Assembly (NCBI RefSeq): GCF_006345805.1
Contig: NC_042997.1
Coordinates: 48,794,001 to 48,858,000, forward strand
From: Octopus sinensis
Taxonomy: Eukaryota
Direction: 5' to 3'
Length of the DNA stretch: 64,000 bases
The notes below the pieces were generated by a model. It had not been told where the DNA came from. It ran no database searches and saw only the letters and a program-made list of their open reading frames with translations. The position numbers and the translations under genes are program-made. Positions within the stretch are counted from its first letter, which is position 1. Each line of letters begins with the position of its first letter. Below are positions 12,536 to 27,559 of this stretch, piece after piece.

Positions 12536-12941
12536 CATACTTCTATATTTAGACAATTGTTCTAGCATAGATGATTGGGTGTTGTCATATTAGCTTTAGG
12601 AAACCAACGACATTATATCAGATTTTTAGTTGAAATCTTACAGTTGGCATTGCTTCTCAGTCACCTAGTATCGATAGTATATATACTAACAAATATGAAA
12701 GCTTACTAACTAAAATAGCCACAGGTTTGGTCGTCTCAAAATCTTTAGATTATATAGTTGGAGTCTTTCATTTGTAAGTCTTCATTTCATCAAAACAGAA
12801 ATTTCTTAGCGACGAAAATATCAATACAGTATACAAATCTCTTTTACAGAGAGCAATGTCGTGAATTTATCAATATACGTTGTAAGCCACAACGCTTAAG
12901 TGTATATGTTTATGTGTACTTACAGATACTCACATAAATAT

Positions 12942-13502
<561 letters not shown>

Positions 13503-14025
13503 CACATACGTACATACATTCATACATCACACACTCATGCTTACACAGACATGTCGACAACATCCAGCAAACCACTTCACTTCTGAAAGCTGTCGCATCA
13601 ACAGGCCAATTACAGAGAGCAGCACCACGTACTTGTTTGTCATTATTTCGTTAGAATAGATTGAAACCAAGACAGCTGAGATGTCACCAGCTTTATAATA
13701 GTTCCATAAATTTCTGGTATCCTTTTTGTTTGTTTCTTAGCAGTTTAGAATTTTGTTTTATCCATATGAAATAGTCTCACTTACTTGTTTATATGTGAAT
13801 AGATGTGACAGGGTTTATTCTCCTTTTATTTTATTATTTCATTGTATTCCAATTCTGAATTCTAATAACGAGAATTGTTACAGCAGTAGTCGCGATGGCT
13901 AAGAAAGTGACTCTGAGTAGATCAGCGTATATAGTCAATTATTATAAGCGTGTATACGTATGTGTGTGCATGTGCGTCTGCGTGAGAGAAAGAGAGACAT
14001 TAAGTGTGTATATGAACAGATCTCA

Positions 14026-14079
<54 letters not shown>

Positions 14080-14100
14080 GTACATGTATATATGAATGTG

Positions 14101-14136
<36 letters not shown>

Positions 14137-14281
14137 AGTGTCTCAGCATGTCGGGCCATACGGGCGTGATAGATTTCCTATAAAACCCGTTTCTATTTCA
14201 TTTAAAGGTTTACTCATTTCCTCACTAGCAGCTGTGTCTGTAGGAATTAAATTAAAAGTAAATGAGGATTCGATATATCTC

Positions 14282-14332
<51 letters not shown>

Positions 14333-14558
14333 TGTGTGTGTTTGCGTGCGCGTTTGTGTTTACGTATACATAAGGATACATATGTATACATAAGCATACA
14401 CATATATATATACTTATATATACATACGTACATATATGATATAAATATATGTGTGTGTGTGCTTGTGTGTGGTGATTATGTGTGTATTCGTATATAATGT
14501 GAAATATAACTCTGTTGTGGATGGTGTTTGAGATGAAACCGATTACAATCAATCAAAC

Positions 14559-14691
14559 CTAGTTTCTCATATTAAACGCTGTATTGATGTAAGCTGCAGT
14601 GAAATGAGGAACCGAAGAACATAAAGTAATAATATTCCACCGTGATTGGACCTCGTTCCTACTTCGATTTTCTTTGTGATCTGTCTTTAGC
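14559..14691 (-). CDS. Candidate terminal coding exon of an unknown host gene
   Basis: Strong acceptor ttgttttacttctacctcAG at 14692; the phase-2 frame is open for 43 codons (LKTDHKENRSRNEVQSRW...NMRN*) and the other two frames stop early. No homology recognised. Confidence 0.3.
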
Positions 14692-16027
14692 CTGAGGTAG
14701 AAGTAAAACAATATACAATTCCCAAGTATAAAGCAATGCATTCGTCTTCCCATCAGAAATATTGGGTTGTCTGTATAATGAAGCGATACAAGTGACAGAG
14801 GTGTTGTTGCAAAGTTTAAGCTAACAAGTGATTATTTGACTTACGGAACCGAGTTCAAGTCTTCTCCAGGAAAAATGTTATAATGATAGTGTCTATTTAC
14901 AAGCGGTTGGATTTTGTCTTAACTGCTTGATTCTAAGGAAACTGGAGGCAAGGAATTGGATCAATGTGTGGTGATCTGTAAGAAAAAGTAATAAAACTTT
15001 TGGTTTTATATGTAATGTTTTTCAAACGTCTTCGTTTATTCATATGGTAGCTGAATCCTGTTAAAATTTAGATACACCTCGCTTATTGCAAGACAGGCTA
15101 AATTAAGCAAATTCGATTCGAAGATGCAAAATATACGTATGTATATTGTACGTCTCTGTATAGCATCATTCATTTATGGTAGCGGTGAAGGTAGTGGTGA
15201 ATAATTGTAGTATAGATATACAATTTTGTGGGTATTCCTATATTTTTCAAATTTTAATTCTTTATGATCAAATAATAAGAAATATACTATACTAGCTTTC
15301 AATTTAACATTCATAGATGACTAAAAAAACTTCACTGCAAACTTGAACTTGGAATTTTTTCTAAATTTAATCTAGCCTTAGAATTAATAAGGCTTTCACC
15401 AGTTATAAAATACTATGCCTACTCATAATAATAAGTGATAGATTTTTTTCCCCTTTCTTTTCTCTAAATTACCCTTCTGTGAATGGGATTAGGACCATTT
15501 GACATTGACCTAGTTTCTCTCACCAAAATAGCAGTAATTGGCATTTGTTAGTAGCAATTGCTGCCTTTAACATGAATTCCTTTTATGGTGTTCTGAAACC
15601 TCCTTTACCCCATTCCTACAATTAAAAAAATCTTTATTACTTCTAACCTTACATCAATTAGGAACAGCCATATCTTGGTCAGTCAGTGGAAGGACTTCAC
15701 TACCTCATATGTTCTTAAAATTTAAATCCACATCTTTGTCTGTATATCTACCTTCTCTATAATGTTGCCACTTGATTTGAAAACTTTTGTATTAATGGAA
15801 AACCTCTATAATTGGTTGATGAGTACTCAGCATCTTAATTCTGTTGAAATACTTACAACATTTAATAAAATGATGTAGTACGAAACGATTGTACCAAATT
15901 ACCGGAGTCATTCTTGTTGCTTATTTTGATTATAGTCACCACACAAATTTTTATGGATAACACCATACAAAATTCTAGTGCATCAAAATTAAGTACCACA
16001 TTCATTTGAATCTAAATTATTGTTGAA

Positions 16028-16061
<34 letters not shown>

Positions 16062-16096
16062 TAAATATATATATATATGTTTGTTTTCTACAACAC

Positions 16097-16133
<37 letters not shown>

Positions 16134-16317
16134 ACGATTATATTTCTATCAACCCTTTCACGCTTATTCGCTCATTTCACTCTTCATTCTTTCGTTTCCC
16201 CTCACTCACATTTCTTTGTCTTCTCTTCTTACTTTCCTTCCACTTTTCACTTCACTATGTCCCTGTCATTTTTTCTCACCCCTCCTTAATTCTTCTGTCC
16301 ATCTGCTTCTACAACTA

Positions 16318-16377
<60 letters not shown>

Positions 16378-16544
16378 ATATATATAGGAGAGTTAAGTTA
16401 GATGTTATAACAACCGTATAAAGGATACTTGTATCCAATGAATCCACTGGTATATTCCGTAGATTTAATCACGAGCATTTGTAATAATGCTCATGAATGA
16501 TAGGTAATAACAAAAATAAACTAGAGCTTATCAATATTCAAGGA

Positions 16545-17540
16545 AAACCGAAAATGGAGATACAATTGAGGAATAACGATTCACATCAATTATCATTTAT
16601 CAATCAATTACAAAAAGAGAGAATTTCAACTTACAGCTGTTTCTGTTAGCGTGAATCTCAGTATTAACCACCACAATAATAGTGATAATAGTTATAATTG
16701 TAATTAATAAGTTATACCAAACTGAATCACGAAACCTCATAAGAGGGGAAACGTAAATAAAATATAAGTAATAATAAAAAGAAGAAAGAGAAGAAACAGA
16801 AGGAGAAAGTGAGGACGACGGTGATAATCAATTGGTGCTACATGCTGACCCACTGTGAAACATTCGACCGACTGGAATTTTGAAACAGAATCAGGGGTAT
16901 TTATAATAATAAGTGGTACATTCCTATATACTGGGTCTGGAAGGCGTGGGTTAAATATATAATAACTAAATGAGCACTTTGGTTAAGTAAAAAAATAAAA
17001 AAAGGAAGAAAAATAATTATAAATACCAGTAGTTATAGAACTAAATAATAATAGTTGACTATAAATTACTATTAATTGATTTCGTATGTATTTTACAAAT
17101 TATAATAATTTCTTACTGTTTTCCTTTATTTTTTTTACTTAACCAAGTTGATCATTTAGCTATTATACATTTACCCCACGCCTTCCACCCCTTTATATAG
17201 GAATGTACCACTTAATATTACCCCTTATTCTATTTCTAAATTCCAGTCGGTTGAATGTTTCTCAGTGGGCCAGAATGTAGCACCTTTTTCTTCTTTTTCT
17301 TCTCCTTTTTACTTATATTCTTTTTACTTTTCTCCCCTGATGAAGTTTCATTATTCAATTTGGTATAATTAATTACTTACAGTGATACCTATTATTACTA
17401 TTATTTTCGTGGCTAAAACTCGGAATCACGCAACGGAAGTAGCTGTAAGCTGAGATTCTGTATTTTTGTAATTAATTGATAAATGATAATTGATGTAAAT
17501 CAATTGTCATTCATCAATTTTATCTCCATTTTCTGTTTTC
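16545..17540. repeat. Diverged inverted repeat (arms ~16545-17030 and ~17135-17540), PLE pLTR-like with hammerhead remnants
   Basis: Arms align collinearly as reverse complements by eye; CTGATGA at ~17338 and a GAAACAGCTGTAAG-type stem III in both arms; flanked by (TA)n. Confidence 0.8.
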
Positions 17541-17544
17541 TTTG

Positions 17545-17611
17545 TGCGCATATATATATATATATATATATAATATATATATATATATAATATATATATA
17601 TATATATGCAT

Positions 17612-17644
<33 letters not shown>

Positions 17645-17860
17645 CGCACTTACATATCTATGCATGTAGACATATATATATAAATATATTTATGTATATA
17701 TGCATCTATATATATATATACATATATATATACATATGTATCTATATGTATGTATATATGTATATTCATATGTATATTTATATGTGTGTATATATGTAAT
17801 CATGTGTATACTTCTGCCTATATATAGTCATATGTGGATACATAGAGATTTGTATATACG

Positions 17861-17900
<40 letters not shown>

Positions 17901-18555
17901 CAAACTCATTTATACACAAAATATATACCTACTCACATACACACATACATACATACATTCATACATACATACATACATGCATACATACATACATACATAC
18001 ATACATACATACAAACATGCATACGTATGCAAGACGGAGTAGCCAAGACGAGGAATTGAAACAACAACAAAAAGATTAGCCAGAGCTGGTAGGAATTTTC
18101 CCGATGTTTGTGTACAGTAATCGAGTTTGAAAGGGCCTGCAGTTATTTACTTCCTTACCAAATGGAATCAGAATCCAGTTTTGTTTTTTTTTAAGAACCC
18201 ATATTTAAATAAGATTTACTCAAGCTATTTCAAATAATCTCTCGCGAATCAGCCGTTACTAACTGTAACTAAGTGGATGCTGAAAGAAGTCATATAGCAC
18301 AATGTTCTGCACACATTTAACTATACTGAAAAACAAAAATTGCTAATATTGTTTATAACAAAGTCAAATTGCTTCAAATCAATATTCCAAGTAAAAGACA
18401 GCAGAACATGGCTGCGGGGCTCGATCGTCTCAGCGAATATCATGATTGAAATGAGCGAAGAAGAAACTATATTTATATGTATGTGAAGAGAGGGTGCACG
18501 TATTTATGTACATATATGTATGTGTGTACATATATATATATGTATGTATATATAT

Positions 18556-18586
<31 letters not shown>

Positions 18587-18668
18587 GTATATGTATATGT
18601 TATATATGTATATGTATATGTATATATATGTATAAGTATATGTATATATATGTATATGTATATGTATG

Positions 18669-18713
<45 letters not shown>

Positions 18714-18736
18714 GTGTGTATATATATATATGTATA

Positions 18737-18782
<46 letters not shown>

Positions 18783-19056
18783 TATGTATATATATATGTA
18801 TATGTATATGTATATATATATGTATATATGTATATATGTATGTATATATATAAATATGTATGTATGTATATATGTAAGTATGTGTGTGTGTATATGTATA
18901 CATACATACATACATACATATACACAGTTGCATATACACTGCAAAATGTTATACATATATATATACAATATATATATATACATATATACATATATACATA
19001 TATATATGTGGTATATATGTATATATATTATATATATATGCATATATATATATATA

Positions 19057-19098
<42 letters not shown>

Positions 19099-19100
19099 GC
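17545..19100. repeat. (TA)n/(TATG)n/(CATA)n microsatellite fields (17545-18015, 18475-19100)
   Basis: Direct reading. Confidence 0.95.
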
Positions 19101-19922
19101 ATACGCACAAACACACATTCATTTAGGTAAATTCCTGCACAAAACACTACATGTTATCGTGCTCCTGAGTTGCTGTTTTTTTGTTTATCTTTTCGCTTGC
19201 ATGTATGACAGATGTATGTATACAATATATACATGTACAGGTTATGTTCATGAATATACATGTTTACAGGTATATGTTAAATCTTATTTATTCTAAACTA
19301 TATATAACTTTAGATGTAGCTCTATAATTATAAACCCATACTTTAGACAAGGAAATAGAAAAAAAACTGCATTTCTTGTAGGCAGAATTATCGGGTGGAA
19401 ACTATGTAAATACAGAAATATTCTCTCTCTCCCTCTCTCTTTCTCTTTCTCTCTCTATTTCTCTCTCACGCAAGCACACACACACACATACACACACACA
19501 TACACAAACATATCTACACGCGCGCCTTCTCACACCACACATGTACGCATACACATATTCACACATGCAGACACGCATACATGCATCCCTATGTGAACTA
19601 AACGACTATGTATGTATGTATGTATGTATGTATGTATGTATGTGCAAGTACTCTGTATGAGTATGTGTGTGAGCAGCGCTTACCATCTATGCAAAAACTT
19701 TTCATCTAACAGAGGAAAATAAATGACAGCCTAAAGCAATATTCATGGTTGTTTAAATAGCATATCGCTGGAAAGCTTTACTTTTACACACAGGCAACAA
19801 CGAGCATACACACATGCAAACACACAAGTACCTGTACATGCACACGTGTGCATGTGGAGTGCTTGTATGCGCGCTAAATATATTCTTGTATAAGTTTATT
19901 TGTGTATATCAACATATATATA

Positions 19923-20075
<153 letters not shown>

Positions 20076-22447
20076 TTCTAAAGCCAGTAGATATTAGATT
20101 CTGTAACATTTGTAATATAAAGACATATGCGTCCGTTGCTTCACCACAAAAATATGCTCTCAGGAAATAGATCCTTTAATGGGGTTTCGATTCCCAATCA
20201 AAATACTTATGTTGCATCTTCACCGCTTATCATACTTATACTGTCAAACGTAATAAGGAAATTACTTGCCATTTCCTCACTCCTAAAATGTTCAAGCTAC
20301 ATAAGAAATCACTTATACAAGAGGAAGTAAAAGGTTAGTAAATACGGGAGAAAGAATGAGAGGAAAAGAGTGGAGACAGAGGGACAAAGAGGGGAACTTT
20401 GAGATTGATGTGTATAATAGCTTTATGATATCACAGGCACTTAGTAGGAGATATTATGCCCCTATTAACCGTGTCCATGACCTCGCTTCGATTTCCGGTT
20501 CAAGCGAATATATTTTATGCAGAATTTTATAACAGAGATGTTCTACTTCGGCACTTTATATAGTTTAGCAATACCTTGAAACACGACACGTACACAATGC
20601 TATTTTCTCTTTGTTGTTAATAAATCCTGATTGGAATGAAGTATAGAAATCGATGTGATGGGTTTCGCGATAGTGCAAGAATAGATGAGATAAAAATAAT
20701 CTCCTGAGCACCATTATTCAGGTTCCATTTCGACCATTGTTCAGTGGTACTGATCAAAGCACCTGCGACGTCCCCTGATATTTCTGAGGAAAAACTTTAT
20801 TCTTCTTTACTTCAGTTCATTTCATAATAAGAAGTACTTTCAAATTTTGTTTGGTTTATTTTACCCCGATAAAAATTACTAATCTCTGACGAAAAATCTG
20901 TTCAGAACAAGTATAAGTTTTCATACATATGATGCAACAGAAATCTTAGCCAACCACAAGATCATGCAATCCTTGCAAAGAATTATTAACTTCAGCTTTA
21001 AGCACCGGAAAACTTATGCAAAATAATAAATTATTATTGGTTATAATTTGATTGAGTGATGTTCAAATGTTTAAAGTGTAAAGTGCCGCATAGAAAACGC
21101 CGAACCGGTTTCCATAAAGTTTAATCATTTCGTAAATCAGCATCAAGCATGGTAAATTTATTGGCTTAAAGATACTTTTTTAATGTTCCAACTTTCATTA
21201 TCTATATTGGTTGGTGAATATTTAACAGACGGTTCAACGCCAGACTGGCGGATTTATGGTATTTAATTTTGTCTCTGATGACTTTAAAACTATTCTGTGA
21301 TCATCTTTTACAAAGTTATTACGTACTAATAATTTAATTCAATTTATTGTCATTAAATACGAATATTACGAAAAGTAGATTACAAACCGAACTGCCATAA
21401 CAAAAGTTTTAATACGCATCAAAACACATTATAATTCATCAGAACACACGAACAGAGGAATGGATGATGCTCTAATAATGAAATTATTTCAATAATAACT
21501 TGGTTCAATAGACAAATACAATCAAACGGACATGTGTATGTGTACGTGAGTGTGAGTGTGTGTTAGTGTATGTTTGTATATGGGTGTATGTATGTTATCT
21601 CTGTCCCCTTATATATGGGTCTGTGTGTGCGTATGCGTGTATATGTGTGTATATGTGTGTGTAATGTATATATGTATGTATGTATGTATGGATGGATAGA
21701 TGTATTCATCATCCAGTCGCTAGGATGCTGCTGCGTTGTCAATATATCATGTGTTAAATACAAACGTCTGTTTGCCAGTCTTGTATTTTGACTCCTATTT
21801 CTACCGCATATTTTTCAACACGGTGAAAGTGTCGCCTCGAATTAAATTTTTAACTTTTTTTTTAAATCATCGTAGTTATGTTATAATTTAATAGTTTTGC
21901 ATTACCTCTTTGCGTTCCATTTTCATTTTACTTCAATTTTGTACGGTGTCAGGGTTCTTTTCTTCAAAGTATATAAATATACAATAAAAGGAAAAAGTGT
22001 CCTTTTGTCTGCCCGTAACAGTTTTCTAAAACCATGGAGAGCAATATACTTTAGATTACTGCTTCTGAAATTGCACTGCAAAAACCTTTTTTATAAACAC
22101 TAGCAACAAAGGCGGGAGAAAGGAACCTAACAAGTGTTTCTGCATGGTTATTTAATCTTTGCCTTCAATGTAAGTATTAACTTCAGAAATTTAAATGTAA
22201 CATGATTAAACGTCTTGTTACCCACAATCACAACATGACCAACATTAATTTACAGCCACACGGGAATAAGTGAATAAACAAAACGAAATAGACACCATCT
22301 GAGCATCTAAATTATGAAAATATAAACGAAAATATAATTTAAAAGACATGGTCAAAATTACCGTTATTTCTATACATTCAATAAAGACGGCAGCTGCACC
22401 AGCAGTACTAGCTAATATCTTAACGTATGTCCGTCTGTGTGTGTGTG

Positions 22448-22498
<51 letters not shown>

Positions 22499-22524
22499 GT
22501 GTGTGTGTGTGTGGTGTGTGTGTG

Positions 22525-22559
<35 letters not shown>

Positions 22560-23899
22560 TGTGTGCAGATGTACGAGCTTGAAAAATATTGATTCTAACT
22601 ATTAGTGTTTTCTCATAATGTCACAATTAACCATGTGTATAAAGATACGTGTAAATATGCACATGGGCAGAGAAGTCACTATAAGTGCCCTGAGAATAGT
22701 TAAAAGTACAACAATAAATCGGAATATATAGATAAGATTCAACTAGTAGCTACAGGGGTATATATGAATCACAGCAAATAAATACTTTATTTTGTCTGAG
22801 GCAGTGTGCAAAAGTAAGTGGATAACAAAAGTGAAGCGTTAATGCTTCAAATACTTGCCTAGAGTAAGCCACCCACGTAAGGCTAGCAGCCAAGCTGAAA
22901 TTATTCTGACCTCATATTATGTCAATTACAATAAAAATCATGGGTGGGGCAACCTTGAATTGTAGCACAATGGGTTTTGAAAAAGTATTAGTGAAGAAAA
23001 GGGTCAATATATCAAAAGTGAAATTGGGGAACCATTCTTCTAGATTGAGATCCTCAAAAGCAATTTTGTGAGTTTGCTGACATAGCCAAGCAACAAAGAT
23101 ATAAAATTGAAAATAAATATCGTATAATAGTTTCAGCCAAAATATGATATGTGGGGATGAATACTAATAGTGAATGATAAAAATATTACAAAGCAGTGTG
23201 GAACACAAAGATAGTAAAACGAACGAATAATTAGATCGAAATAGTTTTCAACTCAAGCGCCAAAACAAAAAAGAATTCAGCAGCAAAAATGATAAAAACT
23301 AAGAAAAAATATAACAAATTTGGTTGCTGAAAGTATTAGGTATATATAGAGAGTGTATTGTATATCTTTACGACTTGAAGAATAAGCAACGTTGTAGCAG
23401 GAGAAAAATATGTCGTACAATGGTACATAGTCATTACTTTAGTAATTTAAAAACCAAGAATTCTCCTTCTACTTTTACAAATTATGCTGGTGGAATTATA
23501 AGTGTGCTTGCCAAGGAAGTAAACAAATGTAGCTTTCAGGTCAGCAAGTTAAACTTCCTAAGAAATGTAACGTTATAATAGTAGATGTCTAGGTAATTTA
23601 ATGAAATATCTGACAACACAAGTTGAAACCAAACCGTATCTAAAATTTACTTTATGAAATCATTCAATGTAAATTTTCATTTTTACTCTAGCTACTTTAG
23701 TTATTTAATTGTAGCTATGTTTATACTTCGATGCTATCTTCAAGATAAAGTCAGTTGTATCGATCCAAGAATGTTGACTAGTATTTTCATCATCGACTTT
23801 GGAGGGATTAAAGGCAAAGTCTCCTACATATAGTGTAAACTTTGAACCTAAATACAGAACTAAATAAAAGATATTTAGCTGACACTCTACCGAATTTGC

Positions 23900-26800
23900 A
23901 TCCACCGCTTAATATCTAAATATTTAAAAGAGAGTATACACGTTTCAAGTGCTCCTTTAATCACTAATCTTGTAACCGCCTTGAGATGCCACATTTTCTC
24001 GATTTCAATGAGCAAATCGTTATATTTTCTGAGCTTGTTAAATTCTTTTGCCGAGATATTATGGTCACAAGCAATATCCATGTTGATCGATAAACAGACT
24101 TTATTCTTTTGGTCTTTCACACAACATCCAGTTTATTAGTTTTGATGGTTCGGTCTGTATGTACTGGAAAGTCCCCATGTGTCGTTACATTTTCTCCTTT
24201 AGTAACAGCTTCAGAGTGGTACTTATACTATTTATCAACAGTTTTGATTTTATAATGCCGACATACTAACCAATGTAGATATTGGTCAACTCTGTCGTGT
24301 CTTCGTTTGTATTCCATTGGTGCTAAAACTTTATATCCCGCGATTAGGTAGAGCATGGTTTCAATCTCATCACTGCAGAATCGGAACTTTGGGTCTATTC
24401 CATTTTTCATCACATTGGCTTGGTAGTTTCGGGTCAATAATCTTTGATCTTGAGCAGCTAATATGAAAGCTTCACCCTCTGCCTTTAGGCGGAGCCCCGT
24501 AACCACTGATAGGTGTGCCTCTGGTATACATCAGCCAATTGTTCATACGCTTTTTTTCTTTGCCATTGATTCAGGCCTCGATCAGCTTGGGCTCTGAGAA
24601 GGTAAAGAAGACCTACTTCTGCCTTTGGGTGATGCATCATATTGAAAATCGGCGGCTTACGTATTTTCCAGTCTATTTTCTTTATTTCACTGATAATCCT
24701 CTCCAATACATTGGAGCTATAAATAACAACCTGAAAAGCTAAAGAATTTATTGCTAACACCTTGTTATGTGCATTTAGCTCAGATTTCAGAACTGCGCGA
24801 ACCCTCCTATAATATTCTTTCCTGATTTTCTCTTTCGTGCTTGCATATTGAATGCCAGGGCCTTCATTCATTGCTAGGTATTTGTTTTTTGCTGCTTTTA
24901 TAGCTGTGTCAACATGTCGCACGAATGAATTTGAGATCTTCAATTTCCCTTTCTAGAAAGTTGCCTGGCATATTTATTAAGGCCGAATTCAATCTCGATG
25001 CCATCACTGAATGCTTTCACACTACGTAATATGCTTTCAAGCTCACCACTGTCCTTGCCATAGAGTTTAAAGTCATCAGCCCATAGACTGTTTATCCATG
25101 ACTTATAAAATTTTCACTTCCATCCTTGTGGAGAAAATATATACATTTATGGATCAGGGCGATATTTTCTCCATTGATCAAAAAGGATGCTATCGAGGCT
25201 CATATGGATGCAAAGGTGGTTTATTTCTATATAATAGACGGCTTATTTTCTTGTCAATTTTATACCCATACCTTGTTTTGTTAAGTTCACTTGTAAGGGT
25301 TATTAGAGTAATAAAAAAATTTTTTCTTCACAAGGAAAGATGCCAAAATTTTATAAGTAGTGCATAAACAGCTTATAGGTCGATAGGTTTTTGAAATTTT
25401 GGTTTTATTATTCTTTGGTAGTTGTTAAGTAATACCATTTGCTAAGCAGTCGGGTGTTTTCTTAGGATCTCTCTTAGCCACATTGAACAGCTGTATAATC
25501 TTTTCGTCTGCGCACAACTGCGTTATCTTTCCACTTATGAGCCTTCATGGATGTCATCCTTAAATCTGCTATCGTGATCTCTTCCCATTCTTGTTCTGGT
25601 AAATTTTGGTAAGTTTCTTCTGTGCGTCTAATCCAATCCGCATTTTCATTGTACGTCTTTTCATCAGTCCTGATCATTTTCCAAACGTTTTCAACTTCGT
25701 CCATAGGAGAGCATCTTCAAGTGTTACTTTCTCCTTCTCTCTTCTCTGTTGCTCTATAAAATGTTTTGGCACTAGATACGAACAACTTATTTTGCTTGTA
25801 AAAATTGCGTCTTTTCTCAAACTTCTTCATCATTTGAGCTTTTGTGTGGATATTTTGTTTCTTTTATTTATATCAGTTCTTCTCTTGGTGAGAATCCCTG
25901 CTTCCTCTTCGTCTGTCTTCCATTTCTGGATCTTACATCCTTTCTACAGATCAGTTCATTTAATATTGATACGTACCGTCTCATTAACTCAATTTCTTTC
26001 AATTTTACTTCTCCAGTTTGGATTCCTTTGGTTTTTTTTTTTTTTTAGGCATACTCCTGGTTTCAGTTGTCTTAAAAGACGAGTAAACAATCTCATTTAA
26101 CTCCATGAGATCAGGTTTTAATTCTTGCATATTTTTCGTTAGATGCTTTAACATTTTAATTTGTTTGTTTTGTAATTTTGTATTTATGAGTTATGTTGTT
26201 TTCTATCATTCATATTTGCTTGTTTTACAAATTTAAGCTTCTTCAGAATGGTTTGCTTCATTTCCATCTTAAACTCTGTGTTCTTCAGAAAACGTGTGGT
26301 CTTCAAATACTGTTTCTTAACCACGTTCTTGGTTATCTTTACCAGGTTCATTAGAATTTCTTATACTTTCAGGCCTTTGCGTGATTTGGTCACATGACAA
26401 TCTTTCAATCAAAACTCGTGCTGAGCTACTCTACTTTCTTTATCTGATTTTTTATTTCCTTCCTGTCTTACATTTAGGTCATTGTCTGCCAAATTCTTGG
26501 TCCTGATTATTTCGTTATTTGGGACTCTATTGTTTCCAAAGGTATCCTTCCTAATATTTGCAAACTTCTTTTCGTTCAAATAGGGTCAACTGCCTTGATT
26601 TCGTGTTCTCCATATTTTGTAAGACTTTGCGGCGTGTCTCTCTCGAGATGACTGGTCTAATACATAGTAATAAGCGTTTGTTATTTCTTTATACTCTTCT
26701 CGGGTCCATTTGACCCTCTTGTATATTTCTTTCTGTGGTATCTGTGATACTGAACTTGGAGGGGTCGAGTTGTAGCAGTTCTCATTCAAGTGACCATCCA

Positions 26801-26960
26801 GATTCGTATTCAGAGAAGAGTTTCTGCCAGTGGATGACTTTTCGACCCCAGACTGGCTCTCCCCTGAGGGACGCGCTTCCGGATTAACCTTAGGATAGGC
26901 GATTTGCTGTACTGTTTTCATTTTCCCTTTCGTTTCGTAAGACATCTTGGTGCTACATTA
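23900..26960 (-). pseudogene. Near full-length degenerate R4/Dong-like LINE with rearranged RT
   Basis: In order on the minus strand: N-terminal KRVKWTREEY (Myb-like), VENVWKMI, YRPISCLCTTYK, WADDFKLYGK, KEYYRRVR..KSELNAHNK..AIN, AAQDQ..L..N..CRFC-like..RHDRV..LHW, and RLE tail KE.NKLRKY.DL..EIEKMW; many stops. Confidence 0.9.
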
Positions 26961-27122
26961 ATGTTATTAGTAGTGAGCCCCGTGTGGCTAATGTAGAAAC
27001 GGTTATTATTATCCCTGTCATTACGATCAGCACCATTATTATTACCTCAACCATTATAACTGTTACACTTGCCATTACCATGCCATTACAGAAGCCGTGT
27101 TCATCGTTGATTACCACTAGTA

Positions 27123-27310
27123 CCTATTTCGTTACTACCCACAAGGGGCTAAACACAGAGAGAGGAGAAACAAGGACAGACAAACGGATTAAGTCGATTA
27201 TATAGACCCCAGTGTGTAACTGGTACTTGCTTAATCGACCCGGAAAGGATGAAAGGCAAAGTCGACCTCGGCAGAATTTGAACTCAGAACTCAGCAGCAG
27301 ACGAAATACC
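27123..27310 (-). mobile_element. SINE family B, 3' part (host of the Tx1 insertion)
   Basis: Minus strand has the B-box-like GAGTTCAAATTC and the central GAGGTCGACTTTGCCTTTCATCCTTTCC.GGTCGATT block; outer TSD TTACCACTAGTA at 27111-27122 and 32729-32740. Confidence 0.9.
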
Positions 27311-27559
27311 AATTTCTTTATTGCCCACCGGGGGCCAAACATAGATATGGACAGTACAACTGATGGGATCAGTGAATCGATATGATTTTACATAAATGTG
27401 ACATCAAAAATAAAATACAATACATAAAGATCGAATGGAATACACAGTACAAAAACAATACAAATGAAGCGATGATCAAGTTACGCTCCGATCCCACAAG
27501 CCCCGATCTACCGCTGATACCTTTTTATTTTTCCTTTTTTTTTTTTTTTCCTCGTCTAT

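Noticed and set aside
15300-16010. Possible very old LINE RT remnants (also ~46400-46850)
   Set aside because: Only scattered motif-like words among many stops; cannot be supported without a profile search.
17542-19130. Numerous 60-200 aa ORFs (YI/VC/HT/IYLS/poly-L, -T, -V) here and throughout the track
   Set aside because: Translations of microsatellites lacking stop codons; no coding signal.
20786-21285. Isolated CTGANGA words (~20786, ~20886, ~21275; also ~220 and ~59190)
   Set aside because: No correctly placed GAAA, NUH triplet or stem I pairing.
23740-23830. ORF 23705-23905 as a coding exon
   Set aside because: Contains a decayed family-B SINE core (gactttgcctttaatccctcc..gtcgat).
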